DNA from: an uncultured Bdellovibrionales bacterium
Lineage (GTDB): Bacteria > Patescibacteriota > Minisyncoccia > Moranbacterales > DUUL01
Assembly (NCBI GenBank): GCA_964421125.1
Contig: CAYQVD010000003.1
Location: 5,779 to 69,778 of the forward strand
DNA length: 64,000 nt
Direction: 5' to 3'
Positions 49,069-57,831 of this stretch are shown here, one piece after another. Both the position numbers and the translations under genes were made by a program. The notes beneath the pieces were generated by a model. That model made no database searches, was not told the DNA's origin, and saw only the letters and a list, made by a program, of their open reading frames with translations. Numbering within the stretch: position 1 is the first letter of the stretch; each line of letters opens with the position of its first letter.

Positions 49069-51990
49069 ATGAATTCAGTGAAAACAGCGACTCCGAAATA
49101 TAACTTTAAATCCATTGAGAAGAAATGGCAGAAATATTGGGAGGAAAACAAGACTAATCAAGTTGATTTAGAAAAGGCTGAAAATCCTTTCTATAATTTG
49201 ATGATGTTCCCATATCCTTCAGCAGAAGGTTTGCATGTTGGAAATATGTATGCTTTTACTGGAGCAGATGTCTATGGACGTTTCAAAAGACTTCAAGGGT
49301 ATGATGTTTTTGAGCCAATTGGATTAGATGGATTTGGTATTCACAGTGAAAACTATGCAATTAAGATTGGAGAACATATCAATGAATTCTCCAAGCGAAG
49401 TGAAAAAAGATTTTATGAGCAATTAAGCTTGGTCGGGAATATGTATGATTGGTCTCGAACCGTTGAGACTTATAAAACTGATTATTATAAATGGACTCAA
49501 TGGCTTTTCTTAAAAATGTTTGAAAAAGGGTTGGCTTATCAAAAGAAAGCCAAGGTTAATTGGTGTCCTTCTTGTAAGACAGTGCTTTCAGATGAACAAG
49601 TAGTCCAGGGAAAATGTGAGCGATGTGATAGTCAGGTTGAGAAAAAGGAACTAAAACAATGGTTTTTCAAGATTACTGATTATGCAGATCGGCTTCTTGA
49701 AAATTCTCAAAAAGAAGATTTTGATTGGCCAGCAGATGTAAAATTAAATCAACAAAATTGGATTGGAAAATCTGAGGGAGCCTCGATCAAATTTCCAATT
49801 TCCAATTTCCAATTTCCAAATAAATCTCAAAATTCAAATTCTCAAAAAAAGGATAAGTTTATTGAAGCTTTTACTACTAGACCAGACACTTTATTTGGGG
49901 CGACTTATATGGTGGTTGCACCAGAGCATGAAATTCTACAAAATCAAAAATCAAAAATCAAAAATCAAAAAGAGGTGTTTGAGTATGTTAAGAAATCTTT
50001 AAATAAATCGGAGCAAGAAAGAAAGGAAGAAGAAAAAACAAAGACAGGAGTTGAGTTAAAAGGAGTCAAGGCAATTAATCCAGCAACTAAGGAGGAAATT
50101 CCAGTTTGGGTGGCTGACTATGTTTTGGCTGGTTATGGAACGGGAGCGATTATGGCGGTTCCAGCGCATGATGAACGTGATTTTGAATTTGCGAAAAAGT
50201 TTGGATTGGAAATTAAAGATGTTGTTGTTCCATACATTAAAGATAATCCAAGAGATGATAAGGAAACTGAAGAAAGGGATGCTGTTGTTGGAGTTGTTAA
50301 AGATCCCAAAACTAATAAATATCTTTGTTTGAAATGGAATAAAACAGAATGGCAATCTTTTCCATCTGGAGGGACTGACGGAGATGAAATTGTGGAGGCT
50401 GGAAAGAGAGAAATAAAAGAAGAAACTGGTTATATTGATTTGGAATTTAAAAAAGAACTTGGGAGTCCAATCTTTGCAGAATTCTATCGACCCCATAAAG
50501 ATTCAAATGTAATTGCAAAATTTAGATATCTATTATTTGAACTTAATAGCGATGAACAAGTTGAAATTGAAAAAAAGGAAATGGAAATACATGAGCCTTT
50601 GTGGATTGATGAAGAAAAGATAGAATCTTTTATTAATGTTTCTAATCAGAAAATTGTTTGGGAGCGATTGACTCAAGGAATAAAATCTTTTTGTGGAGAA
50701 GGAGTCAGTATTGATTCAGATTTTTTGGATGGACTGAAAACTGCTGAAGCAAAAACTAAAATGATTGAATGGCTTGAAGAAAATAAAGTTGGTAAAAAGG
50801 CTGTTGATTATAAGTTGCGAGACTGGTGTGTTTCAAGGCAAAGATATTGGGGACCACCAATTCCAATTATTCATTGCAAAAATTGTGGAACGGTGCCAGT
50901 TCCAGAAGAAGATCTGCCAGTGGAGTTGCCACCAATGGATGATTTTTTACCAGAAGGAAAAGGAAAAAGTCCACTTGCGAAGAATGAAGAATTTGTGAAA
51001 GTGAAATGCCCAAAGTGTGGAACGGATGCAGAAAGAGAAACTGATGTTTCTGATCCATTTGTGGATTCATCTTGGTACTTTTTTCGATATCCTTCAACTG
51101 AAATTGAAGATAAGCCTTTTGATAAAGAGCGTACTAAAAAATGGTTACCAGTGGATAGCTATATTGGAGGCAAGGAACATACTGTTCTTCATTTGCTTTA
51201 TTCTCGTTTTGTGACGATGGTTTTGCACGATTTGGACTATATTGATTTTGATGAGCCTTACAAAAGATTTTTTGGGCATGGGCTTATCACCAAAGATGGA
51301 GCAAAAATGTCAAAATCAAAAGGAAATGTAGTGAATCCAGATGAGATGATTGAGAAATATGGAGCAGATACAGTGCGATTATATTTGAGATTCTTGGGAG
51401 ATTTTTCTCAAGGAGGAGATTGGCGAGATAGTGGTGCTGAAGGAATTTTCAAGTTTGTGAAAAAACTTTGGGCAACTTTCTTTGAACTTGAAAATGTTGA
51501 AGGAAATGGGGTTGAAAAAACTAATATGATTGATAAAACAATTAAAGTGATTGGTGAAGATATCGAAAGACTTTCATTTAATACTGCTGTTGCAAGATTA
51601 ATGGAGTTTGTGAATTGGATTAGAGACAATATTTCAGAGTTTGATCAATCTCAGGCAAAAAGAGTTCAAGAAGTTTTGGCGCTTGTCAGCGCTCCAATGA
51701 TGCCACATATTGCAGAAGAATTTTGGAATCAAATTGGAAACGAGGATTCAGTGTTCAATTCAAAGTGGCCGGAGTTTAATGAAAATAATATTTTGGATGA
51801 TGAAATTGAACTTGTGGTTCAAGTGAATGGAAAAGTCAGAGATCGAATTCAGTGTCCAAGAGATGTTTCCGAAAAAGATGCAAAGAAATTGGCGACAGAA
51901 AGTTTGAAAATTAAATCTTACACTGAAGGAAAAGAGATAATAAAAACAATCTATGTTCCAGGAAAGCTTGTTAATATTGTTGCCAAGTAG
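49069..51990 (+). CDS. leuS: Leucyl-tRNA synthetase with an inserted Nudix hydrolase domain (973 aa)
   Basis: PYPSAEGLHVGN (HIGH variant), ZN-1 CPSCKT...CERCD, editing-domain blocks TTRPDTLFGATYMVVAPEH and GTGAIMAVPAHDERD, KMSKSKGN. Extra ~140-aa Nudix fold (..SFPSGGTDGDEIVEAGKREIKEETGY..) between the editing domain and the RLRDW block. Confidence 0.9.
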   Translation: MNSVKTATPKYNFKSIEKKWQKYWEENKTNQVDLEKAENPFYNLMMFPYPSAEGLHVGNMYAFTGADVYGRFKRLQGYDVFEPIGLDGFGIHSENYAIKIGEHINEFSKRSEKRFYEQLSLVGNMYDWSRTVETYKTDYYKWTQWLFLKMFEKGLAYQKKAKVNWCPSCKTVLSDEQVVQGKCERCDSQVEKKELKQWFFKITDYADRLLENSQKEDFDWPADVKLNQQNWIGKSEGASIKFPISNFQFPNKSQNSNSQKKDKFIEAFTTRPDTLFGATYMVVAPEHEILQNQKSKIKNQKEVFEYVKKSLNKSEQERKEEEKTKTGVELKGVKAINPATKEEIPVWVADYVLAGYGTGAIMAVPAHDERDFEFAKKFGLEIKDVVVPYIKDNPRDDKETEERDAVVGVVKDPKTNKYLCLKWNKTEWQSFPSGGTDGDEIVEAGKREIKEETGYIDLEFKKELGSPIFAEFYRPHKDSNVIAKFRYLLFELNSDEQVEIEKKEMEIHEPLWIDEEKIESFINVSNQKIVWERLTQGIKSFCGEGVSIDSDFLDGLKTAEAKTKMIEWLEENKVGKKAVDYKLRDWCVSRQRYWGPPIPIIHCKNCGTVPVPEEDLPVELPPMDDFLPEGKGKSPLAKNEEFVKVKCPKCGTDAERETDVSDPFVDSSWYFFRYPSTEIEDKPFDKERTKKWLPVDSYIGGKEHTVLHLLYSRFVTMVLHDLDYIDFDEPYKRFFGHGLITKDGAKMSKSKGNVVNPDEMIEKYGADTVRLYLRFLGDFSQGGDWRDSGAEGIFKFVKKLWATFFELENVEGNGVEKTNMIDKTIKVIGEDIERLSFNTAVARLMEFVNWIRDNISEFDQSQAKRVQEVLALVSAPMMPHIAEEFWNQIGNEDSVFNSKWPEFNENNILDDEIELVVQVNGKVRDRIQCPRDVSEKDAKKLATESLKIKSYTEGKEIIKTIYVPGKLVNIVAK

Positions 51991-52183
51991 CGACAATTTT
52001 CAGTTATCAATTTCCAATTTCCATTAAATTTTCAATGAAAGAATTTTCAATAATTTATGTTGTTGTCGTGGCGGGTTCAAGTGTCCTCGTTTGAATCCTA
52101 ATAGGTCTTCTTTTATAATATTAAGAATTAAATGGCTCAGGTGTGAACGTCTGAATTCGCGTGATTAAAAAAGCTATAAAAAG

Positions 52184-52214
52184 ACTGGATTCCCGCCTAC
52201 GCGGGAATGACAAG
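52184..52214 (+). repeat. Family A hairpin repeat, copy A8 (ctGGATTCCCGC-ctac-GCGGGAATGACAAG). Its stem carries compensatory T-to-C / A-to-G changes. Nested between 19-bp GC-rich inverted repeats at 52071-52089 and 52230-52250
   Basis: Compare with copies A3/A7 (ATTCCTGC/GCAGGAAT) and A6 (ATTCCCA/TGGGAAT). Confidence 0.55.
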
Positions 52215-52352
52215 TAAAAAAGTTTCAGTCGAGGATGCCTGAACCCGCGGAGATTGACTTTAATAGCTCAATTAAGATTGTGAATTATAAAATTTCCTTG
52301 ATTAAAAATTATTTAAAAATTACTAAAATTATAAAATTAAAAATTTCAAAAT

Positions 52353-53282
52353 ATGCTTCCAAGGGAATTTAAGGATTCAATAGAGCTTTGTGATTTGGAT
52401 GATTTGCTGAAAAGCAAATGTCGATTCATTGTAGATGGAAATAAGGTTATTGATCAAGAAAACGTTGAAGGAGTTGAGGTAAATTCTTCTGAAACTGAAA
52501 AAGGAGTTAATGTTGAGCTGAAAATTAAAAAAGGAGTGAAATTGATTGAGCCGATTTTTCTTTGTTTTGGGGTGATGGGGAGTCATGATGAGCAGATTAT
52601 TATTCCAAACGTAATTTTCGAAGAAGGAGCGGAGGCGGATGTGGTTTCGCATTGTACTTTTCCGAAAGCGATTGAAGTTAGTCATGAGATGGAAGCACAA
52701 TTTAAAATTGGAAAGAATGCTAAAATGAACTATACTGAATATCATTATCATGGAAATGAGTCTGGTGTGCGAGTAGTGCCGAAATTAAATGTTGACATTG
52801 CAGAAGGTGGAATATTTGTGACAAGTTTCAATCTTGTAAAAGGAACAATTGGAAAAACTTCAATTGAGCTTGAAATTCATTTAGCAAAAAATGCTCGAAC
52901 AGAAATTGAAACAAAAGTTCTCGGAAAAAATGAAAAAGATCATATTAAGATAATTGACAAAGTTTATCTTGAAGGAGAAAATAGTAAGAGTTTGATTAAG
53001 ATGAGAGCGGCGGCCAAGAATGGTGGAACAGTTTTGATGCAAGGAGAAACTTATGCAAAAGCGTCTGGGTGTATTGGACATGTTGATTGTCAGGAGATTT
53101 TGTTTGGAGAGGGATCAGTGGCTCGAGCAGTTCCAATTGTTGAAGTGAGTAATGATGATGCAAGAGTCACGCATGAAGCTTCGGTTGGAAAAATTAATCA
53201 AAAAGAATTAGAGACTTTGATGACGAGAGGATTGGACGAAGATGAGGCATCGGAGTTGATAGTGAATTCACTCTTACAGTAA
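52353..53282 (+). CDS. SufB/SufD-family Fe-S cluster assembly protein (short, SufD-like)
   Basis: C-terminal beta-helix block HVDCQEILFGEGSVARAVPIVEVSNDDARVTHEASVGKINQKELETLMTRGLDEDEA typical of SufBD; no sufC or sufS nearby. Confidence 0.55.
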   Translation: MLPREFKDSIELCDLDDLLKSKCRFIVDGNKVIDQENVEGVEVNSSETEKGVNVELKIKKGVKLIEPIFLCFGVMGSHDEQIIIPNVIFEEGAEADVVSHCTFPKAIEVSHEMEAQFKIGKNAKMNYTEYHYHGNESGVRVVPKLNVDIAEGGIFVTSFNLVKGTIGKTSIELEIHLAKNARTEIETKVLGKNEKDHIKIIDKVYLEGENSKSLIKMRAAAKNGGTVLMQGETYAKASGCIGHVDCQEILFGEGSVARAVPIVEVSNDDARVTHEASVGKINQKELETLMTRGLDEDEASELIVNSLLQ

Positions 53283-53385
53283 TTTAAAATTTTCATTAAT
53301 TAATTATTTATTGCTATGGCAGAAAAGACTTTTAAAGAAGAAAGAGAAAAAATTATAATAGAATCTTTAAATATAAAATAAAAAG

Positions 53386-53703
53386 ATGGTGCATCAAATT
53401 TCTTCTGATGATTTTGAGGAGCTTATTAAAGAAAAGAAAGTTTTTCTTTTAGATGTGCGTGAGAAAAATGAATTTGATGCTGGTCACATTAAGGGGGCTA
53501 ATTTAGTTTCTTCAATAAGATTTAATGAAGGATTTGAAAAATTAAAAATTAAAAAGAATGACAAGATTGCTCTTTATTGTTTAAATGGTAGTAGAAGTGA
53601 TTTTATTGGGAAAAAATTAGTGGAAAATGGTTTTGATAGGATTTATAATTTAGAAATGGGAACAGTTGAATGGCTTGAATATGGAAAGAAGTTAGTTAAA
53701 TGA
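53386..53703 (+). CDS. Rhodanese-domain sulfurtransferase (single domain)
   Basis: VFLLDVREKNEFDAGHIKGA and active-site loop YCLNGSRS; TGA stop followed immediately by TAG. Confidence 0.75.
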   Translation: MVHQISSDDFEELIKEKKVFLLDVREKNEFDAGHIKGANLVSSIRFNEGFEKLKIKKNDKIALYCLNGSRSDFIGKKLVENGFDRIYNLEMGTVEWLEYGKKLVK

Positions 53704-53798
53704 TAGGATGATTAAGCAAATTTTATAACTCTCCCTTTAAATCTTTCGCTGGAAGATTTAAATCCCTTACATTAAGGGAGGGAATAAGAAAAGAATTC

Positions 53799-55442
53799 AT
53801 GATAAAAAATATTACAAATTGTTTTAGGAATGGAGAGAAGGCAATTAACTCTATCACAGGAGCTGCTTTTTTGATTGCAATAATGGGATTGGCTAGTCGT
53901 TTGTTGGGTCTTGTTCGTGATCGTATTTTAGCTTCAAAATTTGGGGCAGGAGATGAGCTCGATGTTTATTATGCTGCATTCAAGGTTCCTGATTTAGTTT
54001 TTAACTTATTAATTTTAGGAGCTTTGTCGGCTGCTTTTGTTCCGGTTTTTACGTCTTTGATTTCAAAAGATAAGAAAAAGGAGGCATGGAAGATGGTTGA
54101 TAAGATTTTAACTTTGATGATTATCACCTTAGTTGTGGTGACTATGATCTTGTTCTTTTTTGCTCCTTGGCTAACTGGTCTTATTACTTTTGGATTTAAT
54201 CCAGGAAAACAAGAATCAGTTGCTGTTTTGACTCGAATTATGCTTTTGAGCCCGATTCTTATGGGTATTTCAGGTCTTTTTGGTGGAATATTAAATTCTT
54301 TTAAAAAATTCTTTTTTTATTCACTCGCTCCAATTTTCTATAATATTGGAATAATCATTGGAATCCTATTTCTTGTTGATCGTTTTGGAATTAGTGGACT
54401 TGCCTGGGGAGTTGTTTTGGGGGCTTTTTTGCATCTTTTAATTCAATTTCCGGAAATACTGCGTTGTGGATTTAGATTCAAGCCAAACTTTAACTTTAAA
54501 GATAAGAATCTTTTAAAGATAATTAAACTGATGATTCCGCGAACATTGGGATTAGCTGTGGCACAAATTAATCTTTTAGTGATAACAATTTTAGCTTCTA
54601 CTTTACATGCAGGAAGCTTGGCTATCTTTAGCCTTGCTAATAATATTCAAAGTGTTCCATTGGGGCTTTTTGGGATTTCTTTTGCAACAGCTGCTTTTCC
54701 AACCCTTTCTGCTTATTGGGCTCAAAAGAAAAAGGAACAGTTTATTCAAAGTTTTTCAAGAACTTTTCGAAATATTATGTTTTTTGCGATTCCTTTTTCA
54801 GTGGTCTTTATTGTACTTAGAGCACAAATTGTTCGAGTGGTTTTGGGAGCAGGAAAATTTGACTGGGAAGATACGATTTTGACTTTTCAAGCGCTTGGGA
54901 TTTTTGCTCTTTCTCTCTTTGCTCAGAGTCTCATTCCTCTTTTAGCTCGGGCTTTTTATTCTATTCATAATACTAAAATTCCATTTTTTGTTGGGTTATT
55001 TTCTGGAGCAGTTAATTTGTTTTTAGCACTTTTCTTAATTAAGGAATACGAAATGCTTGGCTTGGTTTTCGCGTTTACTTTTTCATCAATTTTAAATATG
55101 TTACTTCTTTTGTTTTTACTAAGAAGAAAAATTGGAAGCTTGGGTGAGCGAGCGATTATTAGAAGTACTTGGAGAATAATTTTCGCAACGTTTATTATGG
55201 CGATATTTATGCAAGCGACTAAACATGGAATGAGTTATGTAGTTAATATGGAAACTTTTTTGGGAGTATTTTTTCAGATGACAGTATCCTTTATTGTCGG
55301 AGTAGGAGTGTTTATTTTAGCAGGAAAGTTTATTAAGATTCAAGAATTGGATTATTTTATTAATGGTTGTAAAAAGAGGCTTTTTTTGAAACCAAAAATT
55401 GTTTATGATGATAGTAGGGATGAAATAGGTGGAATAAAATAA
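53799..55442 (+). CDS. murJ: Lipid II flippase MurJ (MviN)
   Basis: N-terminal AAFLIAIMGLASRLLGLVRDRILASKFGAGDELDVYYAAFKVPD and 14-TM topology. Confidence 0.85.
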   Translation: MIKNITNCFRNGEKAINSITGAAFLIAIMGLASRLLGLVRDRILASKFGAGDELDVYYAAFKVPDLVFNLLILGALSAAFVPVFTSLISKDKKKEAWKMVDKILTLMIITLVVVTMILFFFAPWLTGLITFGFNPGKQESVAVLTRIMLLSPILMGISGLFGGILNSFKKFFFYSLAPIFYNIGIIIGILFLVDRFGISGLAWGVVLGAFLHLLIQFPEILRCGFRFKPNFNFKDKNLLKIIKLMIPRTLGLAVAQINLLVITILASTLHAGSLAIFSLANNIQSVPLGLFGISFATAAFPTLSAYWAQKKKEQFIQSFSRTFRNIMFFAIPFSVVFIVLRAQIVRVVLGAGKFDWEDTILTFQALGIFALSLFAQSLIPLLARAFYSIHNTKIPFFVGLFSGAVNLFLALFLIKEYEMLGLVFAFTFSSILNMLLLLFLLRRKIGSLGERAIIRSTWRIIFATFIMAIFMQATKHGMSYVVNMETFLGVFFQMTVSFIVGVGVFILAGKFIKIQELDYFINGCKKRLFLKPKIVYDDSRDEIGGIK

Positions 55443-56314
55443 TGAATTTATCTTTTCGAAAATTTTTAGGAACTTTTGTAGCAGTTCTTTTCTTTGTTTT
55501 TTTAACTCAATTTGTTAATAGTGCAACATTTACTGACAATTTTCCTTTGAAAGTTGTTTTTTTAGATATTGGTCAAGGTGATTCAATTTTAATAAATTAT
55601 CTTGATCGTCATCAGATTCTGATTGATGGAGGGCCTGATGGTAAAAAGTTAATGTATGAACTTGGAAAAGTGATGCCGAAAAATGATAAGGAAATAGAGG
55701 TTGTCATTGCAACTCATCCAGATTGGGATCATTTTGGAGGATTTATTGATTTAATTGATTATTATTCTGTGAAGTCATTTTTAACTAGTGATATTGAGAA
55801 TGAAAAGACAAGTTTTCAGAAATTGATAAAAAAAATAGAAGACAAAAATATTAAAATTAATTCACCAGAAGTTGGATCAAGAATTGATATTGGTGAGTAT
55901 TTAGATATTGAATTTTTAGCTCCGGATAGTGGAAATGATTTTAAAGATGGAAATGATAATTCAATTGTGACAAGAGTTGATTTTGGAAAAAACTCCTTTC
56001 TTTTCACTGGTGACATTGGAAAGAAGCCTGAGGCTTATTTAGTAAAAGAATATGGCAATTTATTAGATGTTGATTGGTTGAAAGTGGCTCATCATGGTTC
56101 GAAAAATTCCAGTTCTGATATTTTTTTGGAAAAAGTATCGCCTGAATTTGCAGTTATTTCAGCGGGGAAAGATAATCGTTATGGTCATCCAGCAGTAGAA
56201 GCGCTTGAGCGACTTAAGAATGTCGATGCGGATGTTTTAAGGACTGATGAGATAGAGTCAATTGTTGTGGGTTGTGAGACACCAAAGAAGAAGTCTTGCG
56301 AAGTTCTAGATTGA
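55442..56314 (+). CDS. ComEC-type metallo-beta-lactamase domain protein (standalone, secreted or membrane-anchored)
   Basis: VVFLDIGQGDSILI, HPDWDHFGG, VAHHGSKNSS are ComEC C-terminal MBL-domain motifs; start codon overlaps the murJ stop. Confidence 0.75.
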   Translation: MNLSFRKFLGTFVAVLFFVFLTQFVNSATFTDNFPLKVVFLDIGQGDSILINYLDRHQILIDGGPDGKKLMYELGKVMPKNDKEIEVVIATHPDWDHFGGFIDLIDYYSVKSFLTSDIENEKTSFQKLIKKIEDKNIKINSPEVGSRIDIGEYLDIEFLAPDSGNDFKDGNDNSIVTRVDFGKNSFLFTGDIGKKPEAYLVKEYGNLLDVDWLKVAHHGSKNSSSDIFLEKVSPEFAVISAGKDNRYGHPAVEALERLKNVDADVLRTDEIESIVVGCETPKKKSCEVLD

Positions 56315-56420
56315 CTTTAATACTATTTTGACTTAGAATTACTTATTAAGTTCTTTTAATGGTTAACGGGGAAAAATGACCTTTTTTGAAAAGGAGGTTT
56401 TTATGAAAATTGGTGAATGC

Positions 56421-57471
56421 GGCATATAGACCCAAATAGGACCTACTATGTTAAAATAACCCAGTATTTAATTAGGTTATTTAACATTCAAACGTATGAA
56501 CAACAAAAAATGTCCTTTTTGTAACTCTCCAGAATGTATTAAAAAAGGATTTCAACAAGGACACCAGAGATGGCAATGTAAAAAATGTAAAACAAAATTT
56601 CAAGCTAACAAAAAAGTTCCACTAATTAAAGAGGAACTTTTTTGTTTGTATGTTTTTAATAAGCAAACATTAAGAGAATTATCAGTAGAACATCATTTTA
56701 AAACTCAAAATCTTCAGTCTTTCTTTGATTCTGTAGTGTTACCAAAAAAGAAACACTGTCCCAGAGAACTCTCCCTAGCAGTAGATACAACTTTCTTTGA
56801 AGAATTTGGAGTTGTTGTATTTAGAGACCAAGAACGTAAAGAAAATCTTTGGTGGAAGTTTGTTGAATCAGAAAGACTTATACATTATGAAGAAGGAATG
56901 ATTTATCTTGAAAGATTAGGTTATACATTCAGGTCGGTTACAGGAGATGGCTTACCTGGTTTGCCCAGTGTTTTCGTTGATATTCAGTTTCAGTATTGTC
57001 ATTTTCATGCCCGTAAGAACATTACAAAATATATTACAAGAAATCCAAAAACTAATGCAGGAATAGAGTTAAAGTTTATCATGGATAGTTTAAAGAGTTA
57101 TACTCATAACTCTTTTTTAAAAGATATGTCTTATTGGGAAGAAAAGTATAGTTATTTTTTAAAAGAAAAAACATATCATCCTGGAGGAAATTGGTCGTAT
57201 ACTCATGGAAGACTAAGAAGTGCTATTAGAAGTATGAAAAGAATGTCAGGATATCTTTTTACTTATCAGAGGTGTAATTTCTTTATGCCAGTAACAACAA
57301 ATACTTTAGAGGGTCACTTCGCTCATCTTAAAGTTAGAGTCGGAGTACATAGAGGTATTTCATTAAAAAGAAAACAAAGAATCATCTATTTGGTTCTTCT
57401 AAATTCCTCTGCTTCATATGAAAAAGATATGCATAAAAAGTTGTTTTAGGTCCTATTTGGGTCTATATGCC
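56421..57471 (+). mobile_element. IS1-family-like insertion sequence (1051 bp) with 24-bp perfect terminal inverted repeats (GGCATATAGACCCAAATAGGACCT) and 8-bp target-site duplication GTGAATGC (56413-56420 and 57472-57479)
   Basis: IRL 56421-56444 is the exact reverse complement of IRR 57448-57471; identical 8-bp direct repeats flank it; one internal transposase ORF. Confidence 0.8.
56496..57449 (+). CDS. IS1-family transposase (fused InsA-like zinc finger + DDE domain)
   Basis: N-terminal CPFCNSPECIKKGFQQGHQRWQCKKCKTKF parallels the IS1 InsA zinc finger (CPxC...HQRYxCxxC). Confidence 0.7.
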   Translation: MNNKKCPFCNSPECIKKGFQQGHQRWQCKKCKTKFQANKKVPLIKEELFCLYVFNKQTLRELSVEHHFKTQNLQSFFDSVVLPKKKHCPRELSLAVDTTFFEEFGVVVFRDQERKENLWWKFVESERLIHYEEGMIYLERLGYTFRSVTGDGLPGLPSVFVDIQFQYCHFHARKNITKYITRNPKTNAGIELKFIMDSLKSYTHNSFLKDMSYWEEKYSYFLKEKTYHPGGNWSYTHGRLRSAIRSMKRMSGYLFTYQRCNFFMPVTTNTLEGHFAHLKVRVGVHRGISLKRKQRIIYLVLLNSSASYEKDMHKKLF

Positions 57472-57491
57472 GTGAATGCTATATTTATATT

Positions 57492-57716
57492 ATGGAAAAT
57501 AGAAATGGAGAATGGCTTGAAAAATTTCGAAAAACACTTTGGGGTGCAAGAAGGGATATTATCTGGCTTGAGGAGAATCTTGGTTTTGCTAACGTAATCA
57601 TCTTTCCTGTCCGTAAAAAGTTCCAGGAAGCAGGTCTTTTCCTAGCAAGAAAGATGTGCGAAGGAAAAATTACAATAAAGGAATTATTGGAGAAATCAAA
57701 GAAATATGCCGTTTAA
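57492..57716 (+). pseudogene. 3-prime portion of a small gene interrupted by the IS. The intact gene would read M-K-I-G-E-C|Y-I-Y-I-M-E-N-R..., with its first 6 codons at 56403-56420
   Basis: Removing the IS plus one TSD copy joins ATGAAAATTGGTGAATGC (with SD aaaggagg) in frame to TATATTTATATTATGGAAAAT... (84-aa ORF). Confidence 0.5.
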
Positions 57717-57803
57717 TTTTTTTATCGTTATTTTAAATGAAAAGATTCCCAAGTTTTATTAAAACAAGGGAGTCTTTTGTTTTTTTAGGGAATGTGGAAA
57801 AAT

Positions 57804-57831
57804 TTGCCATAATTTTATTTCTTGCTATAAT
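57804..57831 (+). promoter_or_regulatory. Sigma70-type promoter TTGCCA-16-TGcTATAAT upstream of a ~200-nt structured leader of the adenylate-kinase-like gene
   Basis: Consensus hexamers with extended -10. The leader contains 16-bp perfect inverted repeats at 57862-57877 and 58003-58018. Confidence 0.45.

Noticed and set aside
53695-53710. TGA recoding (alternative genetic code), because some genes end TGA followed by an in-frame TAG
   Set aside because: All conserved genes give full-length products under the standard code. TGA terminates polA (29695) and the rhodanese gene (53701) at expected positions. No conserved protein requires TGA read-through.
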